64,000 nucleotides of DNA from a bacterium (GTDB lineage: Bacteria > Actinomycetota > Actinomycetes > Actinomycetales > Bifidobacteriaceae): contig CAVBHJ010000010.1 in NCBI GenBank assembly GCA_963595445.1, positions 12,295-76,294 on the forward strand, written 5' to 3'. The notes under the pieces are model-generated. The model was not told the DNA's origin. It made no database searches and saw nothing but the letters and a program-made list of their open reading frames with translations. Made by a program: the position numbers and the translations under genes. Every line of letters starts with the position of its first letter. The first letter of the stretch is position 1. Below, piece by piece: positions 11,539-21,022 of the stretch.

Positions 11539-12462
11539 TCAGGCGGTCAGCGGGCCGAACAGATGCTCGTGCAGCGCGGGACGCATTATGTTGTCGAAAT
11601 CGCCGGACTCCGGGCACTGCACGGCAACAACCAACCCCTGCTTCGGCAGCACCGTGGTGATCTGGCCATACGCGCCATCGGCCCGGTACGCGCCGTCATA
11701 TGGAGACATCCAGAACTGGTAGCCGTAGCCGCAGGTCCAGATATTGTCGTTCGGCGTTTCGATCTGCTTGGCTGAAGCGTCCCTCACCCACGATTCACTC
11801 ACTATGCGCTCGCCGTGCCAAGTACCGCCGTTCAGATACACCTGACCGAGTTTGAGCATGTTTCCAAGTTTCATGAACATACCGGATCCTGCGGTCGGAT
11901 GCCCCTGCGGATCGCATTCCCAAAGCGGCCACCCCTGGCCCAGACGAGAGAAAACAGTGCGATACAGGTATTCACCAAGACGTTCGCCGCAAGCCTTCTC
12001 AAGCATTCGGCCCGCCAGATACGAGTCGGCCGACGAATAACAGAATTCGCTTCCGGGTTCCTTCTCAACCTTTCGAGAGAACATGTATGCCATGTAATCA
12101 GGTGCGCCCACACCACCACGACGGTCGGGATTCATCAGATACGCATGGTTGAATCCGCTCGACATGGTCAACAGGTGGCGCAGCGTGATATCCGACAATT
12201 CAGGCTGTGCGTCGTCGGGCACATATTCGGGGAACGCGTCCGCCAGCTTGTCGTCAAGACCCAGAATCCCATCTTCGACGGCGATGCCGATGGCGGTCGA
12301 AACATAACTTTTCGTATGGGAGTAGATATTGCGCTCCTGATCGGGAGTGAAATGGTGCTCCGCAATCACCGAGTCGCCATCGGCGATCGCCACAGCTTCG
12401 ATCGGAAGGCTGTTATGCAGCGCAAAATCCTTGAAATCGTTGAAAACATCGACTACGTTCAT
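11539..12462 (-). CDS. serine hydrolase (beta-lactamase / penicillin-binding-protein-related family)
   Basis: SxxK motif (YSHTKS) near the N-terminus and class-C beta-lactamase-like length and sequence. Confidence 0.78.
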   Translation of the reverse strand: MNVVDVFNDFKDFALHNSLPIEAVAIADGDSVIAEHHFTPDQERNIYSHTKSYVSTAIGIAVEDGILGLDDKLADAFPEYVPDDAQPELSDITLRHLLTMSSGFNHAYLMNPDRRGGVGAPDYMAYMFSRKVEKEPGSEFCYSSADSYLAGRMLEKACGERLGEYLYRTVFSRLGQGWPLWECDPQGHPTAGSGMFMKLGNMLKLGQVYLNGGTWHGERIVSESWVRDASAKQIETPNDNIWTCGYGYQFWMSPYDGAYRADGAYGQITTVLPKQGLVVAVQCPESGDFDNIMRPALHEHLFGPLTA

Positions 12463-12562
12463 GGAAATCCCCTTTGATGATGCCTACGCATGCGGTCAAT
12501 AGAAATTGTAGGCACGTCAATCGATTTTTTAAACAGGAAAGGGGATTCCCGCCATATAGTGG

Positions 12563-12988
12563 TCAGATGATGATTCCCTCACAGTGATCGACCTCATGCT
12601 GAATGATCTGCGCGGTGAAACCGGTGAACGTGGCGTGGCGCTCGCGGAATCTGCGGTCGAAATACGTTACTTCGATACGCTGGTGGCGTACGGTGTGGCG
12701 CTCTCCTTGGAGGGAAAGGCACCCTTCGGATGTGTCGAACGCGCCGTCTCTCGCGGTGATTTCGGGATTGAACATGATGAAGATGCGGCCGCCGAAATCT
12801 TCGTCCACAAAGGCGATGATGCGTTTGGAGACGCCGATCATGTTCGCAGCCATGCCCACGCAGCCATCGCGGTGCGCGTCAAGGGTGTCCTTGAGATCCT
12901 GCGCCACGGCAAGATCCTCATCCGTGTTTCTTGCGTCCTGGGATGGTTGCTTCAAAAACGGGATGGACGTCATGATTTCTCGACGCAT
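12563..12988 (-). CDS. def: short peptide-deformylase-family protein (atypical motif 1)
   Basis: EGCLSL and QHEVDHCEG metal-binding motifs are present. Motif 1 reads GVGMAANMIG, with Met where canonical PDF has Gln. Start ATG 12988 follows GGAAGGAAAGAAGGAAAAGAAC. ATG 12973 and the ORF-track start 13087 are alternatives. Confidence 0.78.
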   Translation of the reverse strand: MRREIMTSIPFLKQPSQDARNTDEDLAVAQDLKDTLDAHRDGCVGMAANMIGVSKRIIAFVDEDFGGRIFIMFNPEITARDGAFDTSEGCLSLQGERHTVRHQRIEVTYFDRRFRERHATFTGFTAQIIQHEVDHCEGIII

Positions 12989-13083
12989 GTTCTTTTCCTT
13001 CTTTCCTTCCGCTGTATGGAACGTGGGATGGGATTTTCCTTCCGCATAGCGGATTTTCCTGTTGTGCGTACGATGCGGTTCTC

Positions 13084-14565
13084 TCAACGCTGGTAGGTCC
13101 AGCGTCCGCTCAGCATGGTGCCGACTATGTGTTCGGGCATGGCCCGCATATGTTCAGGGGTGTTGATGGTGCTTGGGTCACGGTCTAACAGCACCAGGTC
13201 GGCGTTGTCCGCGACCTGCAGATTCGTGCGTCCCTGAGCGGTGGATGACGCAAGGGCGGTTTCGAAGTCAAGTCGTTGCTCCGGCTGGAACGGTTCGCGG
13301 TCGGAACTTTCCGCGCCGAATACGGCGGCGGAAATGGCCAGCCACGGGTCGAGGGGCGCGACGGGCGCATCGGATCCCATAAGGAGTTGCGTTCCGGATT
13401 CGTGCAGGGAATGGAATGCGTAAGGAATTCCCGCGGGATTGCCCCAGAATCGCGTGATGACGTCACGGTCGTCCATTGCGTGCTGCGGCTGGATGCTTGC
13501 GGCGAGTCCGAGCTGCCCCAGTCTTGGGATGTCGGCTTGCTTGAGCATCTGGGCGTGTTCGATGGAACCGTGGGCGTGGGTGCGTTCCGCACAATCGAGC
13601 ACGATGCTGTTCGCCTCGTCTCCGATGGCATGACAGGCGATGTCGAATCCATGTTCGGTGGCCAAACGCATGTAGGATTCGATTTGCTCCGGCGTGTAGC
13701 TCAGGGTTCCGAATGTTTCCGGAACGATGCCGGAATACGGCGTGGAGCAGTAGGCGGAACGGGTGTTCAGCGACCCGTCCGAAATCATTTTCATCGCGCC
13801 GACGTGACCGAGTCCGTGGCTTCCCGGCAGTTCGTCCCCGGTGTGCCATCCGTCGTTGATGGCCTGCTGGAGACGCTCCGGATACACTCCGGCCTGAACA
13901 CGAAGTCCGTCAAGTCCTTGGCTGAAACGGTCGATCCAGGTGTTGATGTTTTCGGCCATCTCGTAGTCGCGTATGCCGACCACGCCTTTGCGGGCGGCGT
14001 CAAGTTCCGCGTTGCGCAGGAGCTTTGCCAGCTCGTCGGCCGCATCAGGACCGTCGCTGAGTTTGTGGTAGGCGTCGAACCATTCCAGTTCTCCCACCAA
14101 TCCGGATTCGTTCACGTGGACGCCAAGTTTTTCGGCCGCGGCGGAATTCACCCAGCCGCAATGCATGTCGGCGCTGGACAGTGCGACGGGCTGGTTTCCG
14201 GCGACTGCGTCGATTGCGGCCAACGTCGGCTGTGCGTCGTCGGCCCATAGGGAATGCCTGAATCTCATGCCGACCACGTACTGATTCGGATTGAGCGTGC
14301 CGTCCGTACGTCGTGCATCCAGATGCTCGCGGAGCATGCCGAGGGCTTCTTCGGCGCTGCGGGCGTCGATCAGGTCAAGCCGTCCCAAGGTGTACGCCCA
14401 TTGGGTGAAGTGCGTGTGGTTGTCCCAGAGTCCGGGAATGACCCAAGTGTTCGAGAATCCATCGGAAGGGCTGATCTTGATGATGCGACCGTCTTCGATT
14501 TCGATGTTCACCGAAGTGTCGGCGCCTACGAAACGTACGTCGTTCAGGTTCGTCTTTTCGTCCAT
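13084..14565 (-). CDS. amidohydrolase-family metal-dependent hydrolase (YtcJ-like)
   Basis: 493 aa with N-terminal PGLWDNHTHF (HxH metal site), CHAIGD and a late GSDAPV motif, typical of Amidohydro_3 proteins. Confidence 0.8.
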   Translation of the reverse strand: MDEKTNLNDVRFVGADTSVNIEIEDGRIIKISPSDGFSNTWVIPGLWDNHTHFTQWAYTLGRLDLIDARSAEEALGMLREHLDARRTDGTLNPNQYVVGMRFRHSLWADDAQPTLAAIDAVAGNQPVALSSADMHCGWVNSAAAEKLGVHVNESGLVGELEWFDAYHKLSDGPDAADELAKLLRNAELDAARKGVVGIRDYEMAENINTWIDRFSQGLDGLRVQAGVYPERLQQAINDGWHTGDELPGSHGLGHVGAMKMISDGSLNTRSAYCSTPYSGIVPETFGTLSYTPEQIESYMRLATEHGFDIACHAIGDEANSIVLDCAERTHAHGSIEHAQMLKQADIPRLGQLGLAASIQPQHAMDDRDVITRFWGNPAGIPYAFHSLHESGTQLLMGSDAPVAPLDPWLAISAAVFGAESSDREPFQPEQRLDFETALASSTAQGRTNLQVADNADLVLLDRDPSTINTPEHMRAMPEHIVGTMLSGRWTYQR

Positions 14566-14744
14566 GAATCCTCTTTTCCGTTGGGCCGACTGTGATGATT
14601 GCGCTGGCTGTATCGACTGTGATGATTGAGCTGGCTGTGGGATGCGTTTGAGGATTCTCGGATGTCGGCATCAGATGTCGGCTGATACCCGAGACCGACA
14701 TCCGAGAATCTGTGACAAAACGTTGCGTCGCCTACTCGCGTCGC

Positions 14745-16025
14745 CTACTGGATGGCCGCCAGAGCCTGGTCGAGGTCGGCGATGATGTCGGCCGCGTTTT
14801 CGATGCCGCAGCTCAGACGCACCAGATCGATGCCGACGCCGGCTTCCTCAAGCTGTTCCTCGGTGAGCTGGCGGTGCGTGGTGCCGGCCGGATACAGCGT
14901 GCAGCTGCGGGCGTCGGCCACATGCGTGGCGATGGACACCATCTTGAGGCTGTCAAGGAACGCCGAAACCTTCTCGCGTCCGCCGGGCACGCCGAAGGAG
15001 ATCACGCCGCAGGTGCCGTTCGGCATGTACTTTTCGGCCAGCGCGTGGTACTTGTCGCCTTCGAGTCCGGGGTAGCTCACCCAGCTGATACGCGAGTCGG
15101 CGTCAAGCCACTTGGCCACGGCCAGCGCGTTCGCGCAATGGCGTTCCATACGCACACCCAGCGATTCCATATGCATGCCCATGATCCACGAGTTGATCGG
15201 TGCCGGCGTGGAGCCGAAGTCGCGCATGAGCTGCGCGGTGGCCTTGGTGATGTAGGCGGCCTTGCCGAATTCCTTTGCGTAGGTCACTCCGTGGTAGGAG
15301 TCGTCCGGTGTGGTCAGACCCGGGAATTTCTCCGCATGGGCCATCCAGTCGAAGTTTCCGGAATCCACGATCGCACCGCCCACGCAGGAGCCGTGGCCGT
15401 CCATGTATTTGGTGGTGGCGTGGGTCACGATGTCCACACCGTATTCGAACGGACGGCAGTTGATCGGAGTCGGGAAGGTGTTGTCGACGATCAGCGGCAC
15501 GTTGTGGCGGTGCGCGGCGTTCGCGAACTTCTCGAAATCCAGCACGATGAGCGCCGGGTTGGAGATCGATTCGCCGAACACGGCCTTGGTGTTCGGCTGG
15601 AACGCGGCTTCCAGCTCCTCTTCGGTGCATTCGGGGCTCACGAACGTGCATTCGATGCCCATCTTGCGCATGGTCACGTTGATGAGGTTGAACGTTCCGC
15701 CGTAGATTGCGGAGGATGCCACGATGTGGTCGCCGTTGTTGCAGATGTTGAACAGCGCGAAGAAGTTCGCGGCCTGGCCTGAGGATGTCAGCATCGCGGC
15801 CGCGCCGCCTTCCATCTCGCAGATTTTCGCGGCGACGGTGTCGTTGGTCGGGTTCTGCAGTCGGGTGTAGAAGTATCCGGCTTCGGACAGGTCGAACAGT
15901 CGGCTCATCTGTTCGCTGGACTGGTATTTGAAGGTCGTGGCCTGGATGATGGGAGGAGTGCGGGATTCGCCGTTGCCGGGCTGGTAACCGCCTTGTACGC
16001 AGATGGTGTCGACGTTTTCGTTCAT
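14745..16025 (-). CDS. metY: O-acetylhomoserine sulfhydrylase (PLP-dependent)
   Basis: 426 aa. Contains YTRLQNPT, the HATTKYMDGHG PLP-lysine motif, and C-terminal LVRLSCGIE. Confidence 0.92.
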   Translation of the reverse strand: MNENVDTICVQGGYQPGNGESRTPPIIQATTFKYQSSEQMSRLFDLSEAGYFYTRLQNPTNDTVAAKICEMEGGAAAMLTSSGQAANFFALFNICNNGDHIVASSAIYGGTFNLINVTMRKMGIECTFVSPECTEEELEAAFQPNTKAVFGESISNPALIVLDFEKFANAAHRHNVPLIVDNTFPTPINCRPFEYGVDIVTHATTKYMDGHGSCVGGAIVDSGNFDWMAHAEKFPGLTTPDDSYHGVTYAKEFGKAAYITKATAQLMRDFGSTPAPINSWIMGMHMESLGVRMERHCANALAVAKWLDADSRISWVSYPGLEGDKYHALAEKYMPNGTCGVISFGVPGGREKVSAFLDSLKMVSIATHVADARSCTLYPAGTTHRQLTEEQLEEAGVGIDLVRLSCGIENAADIIADLDQALAAIQ

Positions 16026-16143
16026 GGTTTCGAATCTCCCTTCGATCGTCTTCGCGTCATATGAGATGCAACAAACAAGGCCACTCTATCATTGCGCTGG
16101 AATTCGGCTGTTTTCCAACCGAAACGCCGGATAGTTCAACGAA

Positions 16144-16173
16144 TTGACAAATTTAGGTAGATGAATTTATTAT
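16144..16173 (+). promoter_or_regulatory. candidate sigma-70-type promoter of xylA (TTGACA-N18-TATTAT)
   Basis: TTGACA at 16144-16149 and TATTAT at 16168-16173, about 70 nt upstream of the xylA ATG. The spacer contains the TTAGGTAGATGAA box shared with the xylB/ROK intergenic region. Confidence 0.45.
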
Positions 16174-16245
16174 GTATGCAAGACGGGCGGAAGTCCGCCG
16201 CGAGAAAAGCTTCGAAACAACAAACGAAAAGCAAAGGAGCAACCC

Positions 16246-17592
16246 ATGGGTCTGTGGGACATCGAAAAGATTCCGTATGTCGGTCGCGAAAAGGGACCGG
16301 AAGAGGGCCTCGCCTTCCATTACTATGACGCCGACAAGGTCGTCGCCGGCAAGAAGATGAAGGATTGGCTGCGCTTCGGTGTTGCTTGGTGGCACACCTT
16401 CGATCAGGAGCTCGTCGATCCGTTCGGCACCGGCACCTCCCATCGTCCGTGGTACGGCAAGTATTCCAACGAGATGGATCAGTCCCTGGCCAAGGTCGAC
16501 TACGCATTCGAGTTCTTCCAGAAGCTCGGTGTCGAGTACTTCTGCTTCCACGATCGCGACATCGCTCCGGAAGGCGACACCCTTCGTGAGACCGACGCCA
16601 ACCTCGACAAGGTCGTTGACAAGATCGAGGAGAACATGAAGTCCACCGGCATCAAGCTGCTGTGGAACACCTCCTCCCTGTTCACCAACCCGCGCTTCGT
16701 CTCCGGCGCTTCCACCTCTCCGTTCGCGGACATCTTCGCCTACTCCGGCGGCCAGCTGAAGCACTCCCTCGAGATCGCCAAGCGCCTCGGTGCCGAGAAC
16801 TACGTGTTCTGGGGCGGCCGTGAAGGCTACGAGAACCTGTGGAACACCCAGATGCAGCGCGAGCAGGCTCACATGGCCAAGTTCTTCCACATGTGCCACG
16901 AGTACGCTCAGGAGATCGGCCTGGACGCCCAGTTCCTGATCGAGCCGAAGGCCAAGGAACCGACGATGCACCAGTACGATTTCGATGCATCCACCGCAAT
17001 CGCCTTCCTGAAGACCTACGACATCGACTTCATGAAGCTGAACCTGGAAGGCAACCACGCCAACCTGGCCGGCCACACCTACCAGCACGAGATCCGCACC
17101 GCCCGCGAAGCCGGAGTGCTCGGCTCCCTCGATGCAAACCAGGGCGACAAGCTCATCGGCTGGGATATGGATGAGTTCCCGACCGACCTGTACGAGACCT
17201 CCACCGTCATGTGGGAAGTCCTCGCCGCAGGCCAGATCGGTCCTCACGGTGGTCTGAACTTCGACGCCAAGCCGCGTCGTACCTCCTTCTACGCCGAGGA
17301 TTTGTTCCGTTCCCACATCGCAGGTATGGACGCATTCGCCGCCGGCCTTCTGGTCGCCGACAAGATGCACGAAGACAAGTTCATCGAGAACCTGCAGGCC
17401 GAGCGTTACAGCTCCTACGATTCCGGCATCGGCGCGACCATCGAAGATGGCACCGCGACCCTGGCTTCCCTCGAAGAGTACGCCCTGGATATCCCGCAGG
17501 CCAAGCTCATCGAAGCCACCAAGTCCGATCACCTCGAGTCCGTCAAGGCCACCATCAACAACTACATCGTTGATGCCCTGGCTGAGGCCTGA
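16246..17592 (+). CDS. xylA: xylose isomerase
   Basis: 448 aa. Contains [32 protein letters not shown] and [10 protein letters not shown], all canonical XylA blocks. RBS AAAGGAG upstream. Confidence 0.97.
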   Translation: MGLWDIEKIPYVGREKGPEEGLAFHYYDADKVVAGKKMKDWLRFGVAWWHTFDQELVDPFGTGTSHRPWYGKYSNEMDQSLAKVDYAFEFFQKLGVEYFCFHDRDIAPEGDTLRETDANLDKVVDKIEENMKSTGIKLLWNTSSLFTNPRFVSGASTSPFADIFAYSGGQLKHSLEIAKRLGAENYVFWGGREGYENLWNTQMQREQAHMAKFFHMCHEYAQEIGLDAQFLIEPKAKEPTMHQYDFDASTAIAFLKTYDIDFMKLNLEGNHANLAGHTYQHEIRTAREAGVLGSLDANQGDKLIGWDMDEFPTDLYETSTVMWEVLAAGQIGPHGGLNFDAKPRRTSFYAEDLFRSHIAGMDAFAAGLLVADKMHEDKFIENLQAERYSSYDSGIGATIEDGTATLASLEEYALDIPQAKLIEATKSDHLESVKATINNYIVDALAEA

Positions 17593-17665
17593 TTCCACAC
17601 CGATCCTCGATTCATCACTGGATTGAACAGCGAGGCCCAGCTGTAATAACAGGGCCAACGATATA

Positions 17666-17705
17666 ACGGGTCGGGAAGTCGATTTCCCGACCCGTCTTCT
17701 GATAC
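17666..17705 (+). terminator. rho-independent terminator after xylA
   Basis: 12-bp perfect stem ACGGGTCGGGAA/TTCCCGACCCGT with a 6-nt loop, followed by a T-rich tail. Confidence 0.7.
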
Positions 17706-17784
17706 TTTCCTTTCCTGACTCCTTCCAAGAAGGTCGCCTGCAGGCGTTGTGGCTTGCAGGCGATTTTCTGTTTTGAAGAAAAAA

Positions 17785-17795
17785 CGAAAATTTCG
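17785..17795. promoter_or_regulatory. CGAAAATTTCG operator-like palindrome upstream of the GH43 gene
   Basis: An 11-bp palindrome of the form CGAAA-N-TTTCG, 38 nt upstream of ATG 17833. The same motif occurs three times in the LacI/ABC divergent region. Confidence 0.4.
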
Positions 17796-17832
17796 ACTTC
17801 CGCTTATACCCCAATTCGCAAAGGAGCGACCT

Positions 17833-19548
17833 ATGGCGGCCGAGAAGGTCAACATCTCCAATCCGATCCTCAACGGCATGTACCCGGATCCCAGCTGGAT
17901 TTGGGACGATTCGAAGCAGCGGATAACGCTCGTCAATTCATCGTTCGAACTCGTTCCGGGACTGCCCATCCACGTTTCTGACGATCTTGCGCACTGGACG
18001 CATGTTGCGGATGCCATCGATTCGGATATGGCCCGCCGACTGCTCATCCCGTTCGTGGAGGATTCGGGCGGCGTCTACGCACCCACGCTGCGCAAGATAG
18101 GCGGCAAGTATGTGATTGCATGCACCGTAGCGCGCATCGACGAGAACAAGGCGACGGAATCGGGCTGCTCGCAGGAGGAGCTGGAGCAGGCACGTCTTGC
18201 GGACGGAAACTTCATCATCGAATCCGACGATATTGAAGGGCCGTGGCGTGGCCCGTACTGGATTCGTGGGGCGGAAGGCATCGATCCCGACATTTTCGAG
18301 GATCGCGACGGATCCGTGTATTGGACGCAGACCAGGCCGGCGGTCTTCCCGCAATGGGAGGGGCAAACCGAAGTCTGGACCCAGCGCATCGACCCTCAAA
18401 CCTGGACGCTGATCGAGGATGAGACGGCCGTCGGTTGCGCGAAGACCGTCATCTGGCGTGGCTATGGCCTGGAGGCGGTATGGGCCGAAGGGCCGCATCT
18501 GTACCGTATTGATGATTATGTGTATCTGCTGACAGCCGAAGGTGGAACGAGTTTCGAGCATAGTGAGATGGCCATGCGTATCCATGCTCCGCACGCATTG
18601 GCCGAAGCGTTCGCGGAATATGAGCTTACGGTGGTTGAGTCGGGGGAGGATGTTTCGCAGGTTCGAGAGGGTGAGCGCTGCTATCTGGGCGGTGCCGTCC
18701 GCGCGTTCCACGCCGATAAGAAGAATCCGATCCTCACCCACCGCCATTTGGGTATGTCTGAGCCCGTGCAGTGCGTCGGGCATGGGGATCTGCTGAATCA
18801 TCCGCGATTCGGATGGTGGATGGTGTGTTTGGGGGTGCAGGAGACGCCAGGCCCCAATCCCGGTGAGCTGCTGAGCTATCTCGGTAGGGAAAGCTTCGTC
18901 ACGCCCGTAAGTTGGGAGCATAATCCGACCGATTGGAAGCTGCGTGGAGATGGTATGCCATCCCATTCGGACGATGACCCCGGCTGGCCGGTGACATGTG
19001 CGGGTCTCGGTCGTCTGCCTGATGAAATCGTGATGACGTTGAATGGTGACGGTGAGCCGAAGGTCGAGGCCTGCGTGCGGCGGTCCGCTTCCGTGAATCC
19101 GGTCGTGTTGGACGTTCGGCATGGTGAACAGGAAGATGCTTTCGTTCGTGGCGATAGGGATGTGCGGTACCGGCGTATATCGCAGCTGCCGTGCCTGATG
19201 TCGTTGCCGGAGTCCGGTTCCCTGGTGGTGCGGCAGGATGACGTCAACTATGCGATATTCAAATTGCGGGACGGCGGCGTCGAGTCCCGTCTTTGTTCCG
19301 GCGGTGATGAGGTCGAATTATCCCGAATCGAGATGCCGGATAACGATTCGTCTTGTATGGCGGTGCTGTTCGCCGACAATCGTCTTGCGATCGTTGCCGT
19401 GGATGGCGAATGGTCGAGCGTTGCCGGCTCTTCCCGGAATGTATACCAAGGCACGTGGAACGTGCTGCATGATGTCGACGCGCGATTCCTGAGCACGGAA
19501 TGGGCGGGCGGTTTCGTCGGGTGCATGGCCGGTCTACTGACGGATTGA
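17833..19548 (+). CDS. glycoside hydrolase family 43 (beta-xylosidase / alpha-L-arabinofuranosidase type)
   Basis: N-terminal NPILNGMYPDPS, GIDPDIFEDRDG and WAEGPHLY, the GH43 catalytic blocks. ATG 17833 is preceded by AAGGAG (17821-17826). The ORF-track start 17749 is an extension. Confidence 0.87.
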   Translation: MAAEKVNISNPILNGMYPDPSWIWDDSKQRITLVNSSFELVPGLPIHVSDDLAHWTHVADAIDSDMARRLLIPFVEDSGGVYAPTLRKIGGKYVIACTVARIDENKATESGCSQEELEQARLADGNFIIESDDIEGPWRGPYWIRGAEGIDPDIFEDRDGSVYWTQTRPAVFPQWEGQTEVWTQRIDPQTWTLIEDETAVGCAKTVIWRGYGLEAVWAEGPHLYRIDDYVYLLTAEGGTSFEHSEMAMRIHAPHALAEAFAEYELTVVESGEDVSQVREGERCYLGGAVRAFHADKKNPILTHRHLGMSEPVQCVGHGDLLNHPRFGWWMVCLGVQETPGPNPGELLSYLGRESFVTPVSWEHNPTDWKLRGDGMPSHSDDDPGWPVTCAGLGRLPDEIVMTLNGDGEPKVEACVRRSASVNPVVLDVRHGEQEDAFVRGDRDVRYRRISQLPCLMSLPESGSLVVRQDDVNYAIFKLRDGGVESRLCSGGDEVELSRIEMPDNDSSCMAVLFADNRLAIVAVDGEWSSVAGSSRNVYQGTWNVLHDVDARFLSTEWAGGFVGCMAGLLTD

Positions 19549-19565
19549 CGGGCTTCCGAAAGCTG

Positions 19566-19630
19566 AAACGGCCGGATGGCGGGGTGACCGTTTGTCGCGG
19601 TCACGGGCCCGCATGCTTCCGGCCGTTTCT
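19566..19630. terminator. nested inverted repeat between convergent genes (GH43 / lacI-type)
   Basis: GAAACGGCCGGA (19566-19577) pairs with TCCGGCCGTTTC (19619-19630). An inner GTGACCG/CGGTCAC hairpin lies within it. Confidence 0.5.
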
Positions 19631-19638
19631 CTGATTTG

Positions 19639-20670
19639 TTACGCATCAAGCCGTTGCGTGCTGTTGCGAACAACCAGAGACGTTGGCATGATGACGTGCG
19701 GTTGCAGGACGTCGTTGGTGGTAAGCGCTTCCGCAAGCATGCGTACCGATGTTCTGGCCATATCCTGCAGCGGTTGGTGGACCGTGGTGAGTGCCGGGCC
19801 TAGGAAAGCGGCCGTTTGTACGTCGTCGAACCCAACGACCGACAGGTCTTCCGGAATGCGCAGTCCCAACTGTCGGGCGGCTTCGTAGACGCCCATGGCC
19901 TGCAGGTCGCTGCCTGCGAAGATCGCGGTGGGTCTGTGTGGATGCTCGAGCAGCGATATTGCCTGCGCATATCCTCCGGAGGTGGTGAAGTCTCCTTCGG
20001 TAATCAGTTCCGGATCCGCCGCGATGCCCTGTTCCGCCAGTGCGGATGTATAGCCGTCGAGTCGGGCCTTGGAACACATCATTGCTTCGGGGCCCGTGAT
20101 GATGCCGATGCGTTTGTGCCCTAATGCGAGCAGATGCCGTGTGGCGATCACGCCGCCGGTCCAGTTGTCGGCCTGTACGGACAATGTGGTCGGATCCGGG
20201 TCTCCGAATGGGTCGAACAATACGAACGGAATGCCGCGGGAATGCAGTTTGTTCCGTTCGATACGCGTCAGACTGGAGAACACGAGGACGGCCCCGTCCG
20301 TCTGCCTTCGCAGCATGTTGTCTATCCACGATGAGTCGGGATGTTGGCGGTTGCCGCCTTCCGTGGTGATGACGCTCATGTCGTGCAGTTTGGCTTCGCG
20401 GATCGCACCACGCATGACCTCCATCGCCCACACGTTCTCGAAATCCTGGAAGACTATTTCGACCATCTTCTGTTTTTTGCCGGGGACCGCCTTGCGCGAA
20501 TAGCCGTATTTTTTCAAGGCCGTGTTGATGGTCTGGCGCGTTTCCTCCGATATGTCCGCACGTCCGTTGAGGGCTTTTGACACAGTGGCCAGCGAGTAAC
20601 CCGTCTCCTTGGCGATGTCGGTCAGGCGGATGGATGTCTTCTTTGCTGATTTGTTTGTTGCGGGTGCCAT
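19639..20670 (-). CDS. LacI family transcriptional regulator (xylo-oligosaccharide locus)
   Basis: N-terminal HTH IRLTDIAKETGYSLATVSKALNG followed by a periplasmic-binding-protein-like sugar domain. ATG 20670 follows GGGGGAAG. Confidence 0.9.
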   Translation of the reverse strand: MAPATNKSAKKTSIRLTDIAKETGYSLATVSKALNGRADISEETRQTINTALKKYGYSRKAVPGKKQKMVEIVFQDFENVWAMEVMRGAIREAKLHDMSVITTEGGNRQHPDSSWIDNMLRRQTDGAVLVFSSLTRIERNKLHSRGIPFVLFDPFGDPDPTTLSVQADNWTGGVIATRHLLALGHKRIGIITGPEAMMCSKARLDGYTSALAEQGIAADPELITEGDFTTSGGYAQAISLLEHPHRPTAIFAGSDLQAMGVYEAARQLGLRIPEDLSVVGFDDVQTAAFLGPALTTVHQPLQDMARTSVRMLAEALTTNDVLQPHVIMPTSLVVRNSTQRLDA

Positions 20671-20709
20671 GCTTCCCCCTTTCGTCTCTATCATACGTGG
20701 AAAAAGCTG

Positions 20710-20743
20710 CGAAACTTTCGGTTTTCGATTTTCGAAACTTTCG
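20710..20743. promoter_or_regulatory. two CGAAACTTTCG operator-like palindromes
   Basis: Identical 11-mers at 20710-20720 and 20733-20743, just upstream of the LacI gene start in the LacI/ABC divergent region. Confidence 0.45.
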
Positions 20744-20864
20744 GAAAAGGAAATATGTTTGAAAAGACTGAGAAATCAAGGAAAAGAGCTTAGTAAGTTG
20801 ATTTAACGAATAATTTGACGTACAATATTTTCGTCGTCTATAGTAGTTGTACAACGAAAGAGAA

Positions 20865-20875
20865 CGAAAGTTTCG
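20865..20875. promoter_or_regulatory. CGAAAGTTTCG operator-like palindrome upstream of the ABC binding-protein gene
   Basis: Complement-orientation copy of the same motif, about 150 nt upstream of ATG 21023. Confidence 0.4.
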
Positions 20876-21022
20876 GAGTGAAATCAAGGGCTGATTCCAC
20901 TCGATGGAGACGACAGTTGATATGGCGACTACGAAGTCGCGGAAATCAGCTTCTTCGCCGTCGACATATTCGTTCCCGGTTGTCATCATTCGCCGATGAT
21001 GAGTGAAAATAAGGAGAAGACA

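Noticed and set aside
12989-13087. 174-aa deformylase starting at ATG 13087, with an ATGA overlap on the amidohydrolase stop
   Set aside because: The extra 33 residues are basic low-complexity sequence with no counterpart in PDF proteins. A strong purine-rich RBS precedes ATG 12988. Translational coupling at 13087 cannot be excluded.
16026-16150. SAM riboswitch or T-box leader upstream of metY
   Set aside because: The leader is at most about 120 nt. I could not find the conserved SAM-I, SAM-IV or T-box elements or a terminator/antiterminator pair in the reverse-complemented sequence.
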